Positions 39,268-46,353 of a stretch of 46,353 nt of DNA are shown piece after piece (positions within the stretch are counted from its first letter, which is position 1; the number at the start of each line of letters is the position of its first letter). Source of the stretch: a virus. Its lineage: Duplodnaviria; Heunggongvirae; Uroviricota; Caudoviricetes. The notes under the pieces were generated by a model, which saw only the letters and a program-made list of their open reading frames with translations, ran no database searches and was not told where the DNA came from. Where the stretch lies: the IMG/VR virus record IMGVR_UViG_2711768010_000018, one strand, 5' to 3'. A program made the position numbers and the translations under genes.

Positions 39268-40011
39268 ATGACACAGACAGAATCAGCGATTCTGGCGCAC
39301 GCCCGGCGATGTGCGCCAGCGGAGTCGTGCGGCTTCGTGGTGAGAACACCGGAGGGGGAAAGATATTTTCCCTGCGTGAATATTTCCGGTGAGCCGGAGG
39401 AGTATTTCCGGATGGCTCCGGAGGACTGGCTGCAGGCCAAAATGCAGGGTGAGATTGTGGCGCTGGTCCACAGTCACCCCGGTGGTCTGCCCTGGCTGAG
39501 TGAGGCCGACCGGCGGCTGCAGGTGCAGAGTGATTTGCCGTGGTGGCTGGTCTGCCGGGGAGTGATTCATAAGTTCCGCTGTGTGCCGCATCTCACCGGG
39601 CGGCGCTTTGAGCACGGGGCGACGGACTGTTACACGCTGTTCCGGGACGCTTACCATCTGGCGGGAATTGAGATGCCAGATTTTCATCGTGAGGACGACT
39701 GGTGGCGTAATGGTCAGAATCTCTATCTGGATAATCTGGAGGCTACAGGGCTGTATCAGGTGCCGTTGTCAACGGCGCAGCCGGGCGATGTGCTGCTGTG
39801 CTGTTTTGGTTCATCGGTGCCGAATCATGCCGCCATTTACTGTGGTGACGGCGAGCTGCTGCACCATATTCCTGAACAACTGAGTAAACGAGAGAGGTAC
39901 ACCGACAAATGGCAGCGACGCACACACTCCCTCTGGCGTCACCGGGCATGGCACGCATCTGCCTTTACGGGGATTTGCAGCGATTTGGCCGCCGCATCGA
40001 CCTTCGTGTGA
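39268..40011 (+). CDS. Tail assembly protein (lambda K-like; JAB/MPN plus NlpC/P60-like), 247 aa
   Basis: Near-identity to lambda K as recalled (MTQTESAILAHARRCAPAESCGFVV...); HSHPGG JAMM-like motif. Confidence 0.88.
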   Translation: MTQTESAILAHARRCAPAESCGFVVRTPEGERYFPCVNISGEPEEYFRMAPEDWLQAKMQGEIVALVHSHPGGLPWLSEADRRLQVQSDLPWWLVCRGVIHKFRCVPHLTGRRFEHGATDCYTLFRDAYHLAGIEMPDFHREDDWWRNGQNLYLDNLEATGLYQVPLSTAQPGDVLLCCFGSSVPNHAAIYCGDGELLHHIPEQLSKRERYTDKWQRRTHSLWRHRAWHASAFTGICSDLAAASTFV

Positions 40012-40556
40012 AAACGGGGGCCGAAGCCATCCGGGCACTGGCCACACAGCTCCCGGCATTTCGTCAGAAACTGAGCGACGGCTGGTATCAGGTGCGCATT
40101 GCCGGGCGTGATGCAGGCGAAAATGAATTATCTGCCCGTCTTAATGAACCGCTGGCAAATGGTGCCGTGATCCACATCGTTCCGCGTCTGGCGGGTGCCA
40201 AAAGTGGCGGTGTGTTTCAGGCGGTGCTGGGTGCGGCGCTGATTGCGGTGGCATGGTGGAACCCTGTGGGCTGGCTGGGGGCCGCGGCTGTATCGGGTAT
40301 GTATGCAGCAGGGGCCAGTATGATCCTGGGTGGTGTGGCGCAGATGCTGGCACCGAAAGCCAGGACGCCCACGGCAGCCAGTACAGATAACGGCAAACAG
40401 AACACGTATTTCTCGTCACTGGATAACATGGTTGCTCAGGGCAATGTTCTGCCTGTTCTGTACGGTGAAATGCGTGTGGGGTCACGGGTGGTTTCTCAGG
40501 AGATCAGCACGGCAGACGAAGGGGACGGTGGTCAGGTTGTGGTGATTGGTCGCTGA
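39909..40556 (+). CDS. Tail assembly protein (lambda I-like), 215 aa; overlaps the K 3' end
   Basis: Near-identity to lambda I as recalled (MAATHTLPLASPGMARICLYGDLQRFGRRIDLRV...). Confidence 0.85.
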   Translation: MAATHTLPLASPGMARICLYGDLQRFGRRIDLRVKTGAEAIRALATQLPAFRQKLSDGWYQVRIAGRDAGENELSARLNEPLANGAVIHIVPRLAGAKSGGVFQAVLGAALIAVAWWNPVGWLGAAAVSGMYAAGASMILGGVAQMLAPKARTPTAASTDNGKQNTYFSSLDNMVAQGNVLPVLYGEMRVGSRVVSQEISTADEGDGGQVVVIGR

Positions 40557-40616
40557 TGCAAAATGTTTTATGAGAAACCGCCTGCGGGCGGTTTTGTCGT
40601 TTATGGAGCGTGAGGA

Positions 40617-43600
40617 ATGGGTAAAGGCAGCAGTAAGGGGCATACCNTGATCGATGCCATCAGTGAAGGGCCGGTTGAAGGTCCGGTGGATGGATTAAAA
40701 AGCGTGCTGCTGAACAGTACGCCGGTGCTGGACAATGAGGGGAATACCAACATCTCCGGCGTCACGGTGGTGTTCCGGGCAGGTGAGCAGGAGCAGTCAC
40801 CGCCGGAGGGGTTTGAATCCTCCGGCTCCGAGACGGTGCTGGGTACGGAAGTGAAATATGACACGCCGATCACCCGGACCATCACGTCGGCAAACATCGA
40901 CCGTCTGCGCTTTACCTTCGGTGTACAGGCACTGGTGGAAACCACCTCAAAGGGAGACAGGAATCCGTCGGAAGTCCGCCTGCTGGTTCAGATACAGCGT
41001 AACGGTGGCTGGGTGACGGAAAAAGACATCACCATTAAGGGCAAAACCACCTCGCAGTATCTGGTCTCGGTGGTGGTGGATAACCTGCCTCCGCGCCCGT
41101 TCAGTATCCGGATGCGCAGGATGACACCGGACAGCACCACAGACCAGCTGCAGAACAAAACGCTCTGGTCGTCATACACCGAAATCATCGATGTGAAACA
41201 GTGCTACCCGAACACTGCACTGGTCGGCGTACAGGTGGACTCGGAGCAGTTCGGCAGCCAGCAGGTGAGTCGTAATTATCATCTTCGCGGGCGCATTCTG
41301 CAGGTGCCGTCGAACTATAACCCGCAGACGCGACAATACAGCGGTATCTGGGACGGAACGTTAAAACCAGCATACAGCAACAACATGGCCTGGTGTCTGT
41401 GGGATATGCTGACCCACCCGCGCTACGGCATGGGGAAACGTCTTGGTGCGGCGGATGTGGACAAATGGGCGCTGTATGTCATCGGCCAGTACTGCGACCA
41501 GTCAGTGCCGGACGGCTTTGGCGGCACGGAGCCGCGCATCACCTGTAATGCGTACCTGACCACACAGCGCAAGGCGTGGGATGTGCTCAGTGATTTCTGC
41601 TCGGCGATGCGCTGTATGCCGGTATGGAACGGGCAGACGCTGACGTTCGTGCAGGACCGACCGTCGGATAAGGTGTGGACCTATAACCGCAGTAATGTGG
41701 TGATGCCGGATGATGGCGCGCCGTTCCGCTACAGCTTCAGCGCCCTGAAAGACCGCCATAATGCCGTTGAGGTGAACTGGATTGACCCGGATAACGGCTG
41801 GGAGACGGCGACAGAGCTTGTGGAGGACACGCAGGCCATTGCCCGTTACGGTCGTAACGTCACGAAGATGGATGCTTTTGGCTGTACCAGCCGGGGGCAG
41901 GCACACCGCGCCGGGCTGTGGCTGATTAAAACAGAACTGCTGGAAACGCAGACCGTGGACTTCAGCGTGGGCGCAGAAGGGCTTCGCCATGTGCCGGGCG
42001 ATGTCATTGAAATCTGTGATGATGACTATGCGGGTATCAGCATCGGCGGGCGCGTGCTGGCGGTAAACAGCCAGACCCGGACGCTGACGCTCGACCGTGA
42101 AATCACGCTGCCATCCTCCGGTACCATGCTGATAAGCCTGGTTGACGGGCAGGGGAGTCCGGTCAGCGTGGAGGTTCAGTCCGTCACCGACGGCGTGAAG
42201 GTGAAAGTGAGCCGTGTTCCTGACGGCGTTGCTGAATACAGCGTGTGGGGGCTGAAGCTGCCGACGTTGCGCCAGCGCCTGTTCCGCTGTGTGAGTATCC
42301 GTGAGAACGATGACGGCACGTATGCCATCACTGCCGTGCAGCATGTACCGGAAAAAGAAGCCATCGTGGATAACGGGGCGCACTTTGACGGCGACCAGAG
42401 CGGCACGGTGAATGGTGTCACGCCGCCAGCGGTGCAGCACCTGACTGCCGAAGTCACCGCAGACAGCGGGGAATATCAGGTGCTGGCGCGCTGGGACACG
42501 CCGAAGGTGGTGAAGGGGGTGAGCTTTATGCTTCGCCTGACCGTGGCAGCGGATGACGGCAGTGAGCGGCTGGTCAGCACGGCCCGGACGACGGAAACCA
42601 CATACCGCTTCACGCAACTGGCGCTGGGACGGTACACGCTGACAGTCCGGGCGGTAAATGCCTGGGGACAGCAGGGCGATCCGGCGTCGGTATCGTTCAG
42701 GATTGCCGCACCGGTAGCACCGTCGCGGATTGAGCTGACGCCGGGCTATTTTCAGATAACTGCCACGCCGCATCTTGCGGTTTATGATCCGACGGTACAG
42801 TTTGAGTTCTGGTTCTCGGAAACGCGGATTACCGATATCAGGCAGGTTGAAACCACAGCCCGCTACCTTGGCGCGGGGCTGTACTGGATAGCCGCCAGTA
42901 TCAATATCAAACCGGGCCATGATTATTACTTTTATATCCGCAGTGTGAACACCGTTGGCAAATCGGCATTCGTGGAGGCCGTCGGTCGGGCGAGCGATGA
43001 TGCGGAAGGTTACCTGGATTTTTTCAAAGGCAAGATAACCGAATCCCATCTCGGTAAAGAGCTGCTGGAAAAAGTTGATCTGACGGAGGATAACGCCAGC
43101 AGACTGGATGAGTTTTCGAAAGAGTGGAAGGACGCTAACGATAAATGGAATGCGATGTGGGGCGTCAAAATTGAGCAGACCAAAGACGGCAAACATTATG
43201 TCGCGGGTATTGACCCGGCAAACGGGAATGAAACGCCGATGTTTGTGGCGCAGGGCAACCAGATATTCATGAACGACGTGTTCCTGAAGCGCCTGACAGC
43301 CCCCGCCATTACCAGCGGTGGCAGTCCTCCGGTATTTTCCCTGACATCAGACGGAAAGCTGACCGCTAAAAATGCGGATATCAGTGGTAGTGTGAATGCG
43401 AACTCAGGAACGCTCAACAATGTCACGATTAACCAGAACTGTACGATTAAGGGCATGCTGGAGGCGACCCAGGTCAGAGGGGATTTCGTTAAAGCTGTAT
43501 CAAAAGCCTTCCCGAAAAAAGTCGGTACGTGGGGTAACACGGAAACACCAGACGGTACGGTTACAGTCACCATCAGCGATGATCATAACTTTGACCGCCA

Positions 43601-43910
43601 GATTATTATTCCGCCCATTATTTTTAACGGTATAGCGTATGACGATCCGGGGAGCGGAAATAACCCAGGAGGCACGCGATACACGGGTTATGGTTTTGAA
43701 GTTCGCAAAAACGGCGTATTAATCGCATCCAGAGAAACTAAAGGTGCCATTCCCGGTAGTTACAGTGCAGTTATTGATATGCCTAGTGGTGGTGGTAGCG
43801 TCACTCTGGAGTTTAAGATTTTCCAGAAAGGCAATCAGGGGGCAGGCAATATCACCGACTGTACGGTGATTGTGACCAAAAAAGCGGCTTCCGGCATCAG
43901 TATTCGTTGA
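40617..43910 (+). CDS. Host specificity / tail tip protein (lambda J-like), 1097 aa; one ambiguous base at 40647
   Basis: Long ORF following I; lambda J-like N-terminus; fibronectin-III-like central region. Confidence 0.9.
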   Translation: MGKGSSKGHTXIDAISEGPVEGPVDGLKSVLLNSTPVLDNEGNTNISGVTVVFRAGEQEQSPPEGFESSGSETVLGTEVKYDTPITRTITSANIDRLRFTFGVQALVETTSKGDRNPSEVRLLVQIQRNGGWVTEKDITIKGKTTSQYLVSVVVDNLPPRPFSIRMRRMTPDSTTDQLQNKTLWSSYTEIIDVKQCYPNTALVGVQVDSEQFGSQQVSRNYHLRGRILQVPSNYNPQTRQYSGIWDGTLKPAYSNNMAWCLWDMLTHPRYGMGKRLGAADVDKWALYVIGQYCDQSVPDGFGGTEPRITCNAYLTTQRKAWDVLSDFCSAMRCMPVWNGQTLTFVQDRPSDKVWTYNRSNVVMPDDGAPFRYSFSALKDRHNAVEVNWIDPDNGWETATELVEDTQAIARYGRNVTKMDAFGCTSRGQAHRAGLWLIKTELLETQTVDFSVGAEGLRHVPGDVIEICDDDYAGISIGGRVLAVNSQTRTLTLDREITLPSSGTMLISLVDGQGSPVSVEVQSVTDGVKVKVSRVPDGVAEYSVWGLKLPTLRQRLFRCVSIRENDDGTYAITAVQHVPEKEAIVDNGAHFDGDQSGTVNGVTPPAVQHLTAEVTADSGEYQVLARWDTPKVVKGVSFMLRLTVAADDGSERLVSTARTTETTYRFTQLALGRYTLTVRAVNAWGQQGDPASVSFRIAAPVAPSRIELTPGYFQITATPHLAVYDPTVQFEFWFSETRITDIRQVETTARYLGAGLYWIAASINIKPGHDYYFYIRSVNTVGKSAFVEAVGRASDDAEGYLDFFKGKITESHLGKELLEKVDLTEDNASRLDEFSKEWKDANDKWNAMWGVKIEQTKDGKHYVAGIDPANGNETPMFVAQGNQIFMNDVFLKRLTAPAITSGGSPPVFSLTSDGKLTAKNADISGSVNANSGTLNNVTINQNCTIKGMLEATQVRGDFVKAVSKAFPKKVGTWGNTETPDGTVTVTISDDHNFDRQIIIPPIIFNGIAYDDPGSGNNPGGTRYTGYGFEVRKNGVLIASRETKGAIPGSYSAVIDMPSGGGSVTLEFKIFQKGNQGAGNITDCTVIVTKKAASGISIR

Positions 43911-43932
43911 AATATTTATAACCCCAATAAAT

Positions 43933-43958
43933 GGCGTCAGGAATGACGCCTTTTTTAT
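43933..43958 (+). terminator. Rho-independent terminator after J
   Basis: Stem GGCGTCA, loop GGAA, stem TGACGCC, then TTTTTT. Confidence 0.6.
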
Positions 43959-43980
43959 TGCAGAAAAGCGAGAGGTAATT

Positions 43981-44367
43981 ATGCGTAAAGTTTGTGCCGC
44001 CATTTTGTCCGCAGCCATTTGTCTGGCCGTATCCGGTGCGCCTGCATGGGCGTCTGAACATCAGTCCACGCTGAGCGCGGGGTATCTTCATGCCCGGACC
44101 AACGTTCCCGGCAGTGATGATCTGAACGGGATTAACGTGAAATACCGTTATGAGTTTACGGATACGCTGGGGCTGGTGACGTCATTCAGCTATGCAGGAG
44201 ACAAGAATCGCCAGCTGACCCGTTACAGCGATACCCGCTGGCATGAAGATTCCGTTCGTAACCGCTGGTTCAGCGTAATGGCGGGGCCGTCTGTGCGCGT
44301 GAATGAATGGTTCAGCGCGTATGCGATGGCGGGTGTGGCTTACAGCCGTGTGTCGACTTTCTCCGGG
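43981..44367 (+). CDS. lomR: Lom-like outer membrane beta-barrel protein (Ail/Lom family), 5' 129 codons only; 3' end lost in the N-run
   Basis: Signal peptide plus near-identity to lambda Lom as recalled (AAILSAAICLAVSGAPAWASEHQSTLSAGYLHA...); the ORF runs into the N-run at 44368. Confidence 0.85.
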
Positions 44368-44388
44368 NNNNNNNNNNNNNNNNNNNNN

Positions 44389-46353
44389 TGCTGCAGGCTC
44401 AGCGCGTGCAGCCAGCACGTCAGCCGGACAGGCCGCGACTTCGGCTCAGGAGGCGTCTTCCAGCGCAGGAACGGCATCAACAAAGGCCACTGAAGCATCA
44501 AAAAGTGCTGCCGCTGCAGAGTCCTCAAAAAGCGCGGCGGCCACCAGTGCCGGTGCGGCGAAAACGTCAGAAACGAATGCTGCAGCGTCACAAAAATCAG
44601 CAGCCACTTCTGCATCCACTGCGACAACGAAAGCGTCAGAAGCCGCCACTTCAGCCAGAGATGCGGCGGCCTCCAAAGAGGCGGCAAAATCATCAGAAAC
44701 GAACGCCTCCACAAGCGCCAGCAGTGCAGCCTCCTCGGCAACGGCGGCAGGAAATTCCGTGAAGGCGGCAAAAACGTCCGAGACGAATGCTAAGTCTTCT
44801 GAAACGGCAGCGGAACAGAGCGCCTCAGCTGCGGCAGACTCTGAGACAGCAGCTGCATCATCGGCCCGTGAGGCGTCCATTAAGGCAGAGGAGGCAGCAG
44901 TCAGTGCCACCGCCGCCGGAAAATCGGCAGAAAGCGCCGCATCATCCGCTTCAACAGCCACAACGAAGGCTGGCGAAGCCACTGAACAGGCCAGCGCAGC
45001 AGCGAGGTCTGCTTCCGCAGCGAAGACATCCGAAACGAACGCGAAAGCGTCGGAAACCAGCGCAGAATCCTCAAAAACGGCTGCCGCATCGTCCGCCAGT
45101 TCGGCGGCGTCATCGGCATCATCTGCGTCTGCTTCAAAAGATGAGGCGACCAGACAGGCGTCAGCAGCGAGGGGCAGCGCCACGACGGCATCCACGAAGG
45201 CGACAGAGGCTGCTGGCAGTGCGGCAGCGGCAGCACAGAGCAAAAGTACGGCGGAATCCGCGGCAACGCGCGCCGAGACAGCAGCAAAACGGGCAGAGGA
45301 TATTGCATCCGCCGTGGCGCTTGAGGATGCGAGCACGACGAAAAAGGGGATAGTACAGCTCAGCAGTGCGACCAACAGCACTTCCGAGTCACAGGCGGCA
45401 ACGCCAAAAGCCGTTAAGGCCGCGTATGACCTGGCTAACGGGAAATACACCGCACAGGATGCAACGACAGCACAGAAAGGGATAGTTCAGCTCAGCAGTG
45501 CGACTAACAGCACTTCCGAGTCACAGGCGGCAACGCCAAAAGCCGTTAAGGCCGCGTATGACCTGGCTAACGGGAAATACACCGCACAGGACGCTACGAC
45601 AGCACAAAAAGGAATTGTCCAGCTCAGTAGTGCAACCAACAGCACATCTGAANNNNNNNNNNNNNNNNNNNNNNNNNNNNNNNNNNNNNNNNNNNNNNNN
45701 NNNNNNNNNNNNNNNNNNNNNNNNNNNNNNNNNNNNNNNNNNNNNNNNNNNNNNNNNNNNNNNNNNNNNNNNNNNNNNNNNNNNNNNNNNNNNNNNNNNN
45801 NNNNNNNNNNNNNNNNNNNNNNNNNNNNNNNNNNNNNNNNNNNNNNNNNNNNNNNNNNNNNNNNNNNNNNNNNNNNNNNNNNNNNNNNNNNNNNNNNNNN
45901 NNNNNNNNNNNNNNNNNNNNNNNNNNNNNNNNNNNNNNNNNNNNNNCAAATTTTGCCTGGGTTAATACATCTGGTGATACTTACGATATTTACGTTGCAA
46001 TCGGAAATTATGCGACTGGTGTAAATATTCAATGGGATTATACCAGTAATGCCAGCGTGACGATTCATACGTCACCAGCATATTCTGCTAATAAGCCGGA
46101 AGGGTTAACGGACGGTACAGTTTATTCACTCTATACGCCATCAGAGCAGTTTTATCCGCCTGGCGCACCAATCCCGTGGCCATCAGATACCGTTCCGTCT
46201 GGCTATGCCCTGATGCAGGGGCAGGCTTTTGACAAATCTGCATACCCGAAACTTGCAGCGGCTTATCCGTCAGGCGTGATCCCTGATATGCGTGGCTGGA
46301 CGATTAAGGGCAAACCTGCCAGTGGTCGGGCCGTATTGTCTCAGGAACAGGAC
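44389..46353 (+). CDS. stfR: Side tail fibre protein (Stf family), partial at both ends: 5' end lost in the 21-N run, internal 294-N run (45653-45946), 3' end beyond the window
   Basis: Ala/Ser/Thr-rich repetitive region matching lambda Stf as recalled ([13 protein letters not shown]...KTSETNA...); after the second N-run the hand-translated frame ([15 protein letters not shown]...[64 protein letters not shown]) is open to the window end. Confidence 0.85.
45343..45652 (+). repeat. Tandem 132-bp (44-codon) repeats within stf, at least 2.3 copies, continuing into the N-run
   Basis: Units beginning near 45343, 45475 and 45607 encode [44 protein letters not shown] with a few synonymous differences. 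Confidence 0.85.

Noticed and set aside
38540-39349. 269 aa minus-strand ORF overlapping the L and K tail genes
   Set aside because: Antisense to genes nearly identical to lambda L/K as recalled; considered spurious.
41502-43196. 564 aa minus-strand ORF inside the J gene
   Set aside because: It lies entirely antisense to a well-supported, lambda-J-like coding region; long antisense ORFs are common in GC-rich coding DNA. No RBS or homology support.
44307-45450. Several long ORFs in other frames and on the minus strand across the stf repeat region (e.g. 44446..45450 minus, 44787..45353 plus)
   Set aside because: These are artefacts of the Ala/Ser/Thr-rich repetitive codon composition of the tail fibre gene; only the Stf frame matches a known protein family.
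1-46353. CRISPR arrays or IS/transposon elements
   Set aside because: No regularly spaced short direct repeats with unique spacers and no transposase-like ORFs or terminal inverted repeats were seen. The only tandem repeats are the coding 132-bp units in stf and the TGCGCA hexamers in the small terminase gene.

Overview
This window is a nearly complete lambdoid prophage of the Rac type (Escherichia coli lineage), read from the integrase at the left edge to a truncated side tail fibre at the right edge. All calls rest on reading the supplied ORF translations and the sequence by eye; no database search or computation was run, and family names are from recollection. Gene order on the map: intR-xisR-ydaC-ralR-recT-recE-racC-ydaE-kilR (minus strand), sieB, ydaF/ydaG, racR/ydaS immunity switch, ydaT, ydaU/ydaV replication genes, ydaW, an accessory island (about 11.9-15.7 kb), nin-type genes and a putative Q antiterminator, two TolA-domain-III-like lipoproteins, a phage-21-type lysis cassette (pinholin, SAR endolysin, Rz/Rz1), the trkG moron, a ParB-like nuclease, terminase, portal, head genes, and a lambda-like tail module (tape measure, M, L, K, I, J, lom, stf). 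The most interesting feature is an AT-rich two-gene cassette at about 11.9-13.9 kb: an unknown protein with a C-terminal HEPN-like Rx4H motif followed by a protein with a C-terminal GNAT-like acetyltransferase signature. It sits in the nin-region hotspot and is a candidate toxin or anti-phage defence module, but this is inference only. Other points of interest are the TolA-mimic lipoproteins with their own promoter, TGCGCA hexamer repeats inside the small terminase gene (candidate pac site), an in-frame TGA in the ralR homologue, and a dnaX-type -1 frameshift site in the tail chaperone genes. Four N-runs (19831-19881, 40647, 44368-44388, 45653-45946) interrupt the endolysin, J, lom/stf junction and stf; their lengths do not match the expected missing sequence, so they are placeholders. 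No tRNA genes, CRISPR arrays or IS elements were seen.
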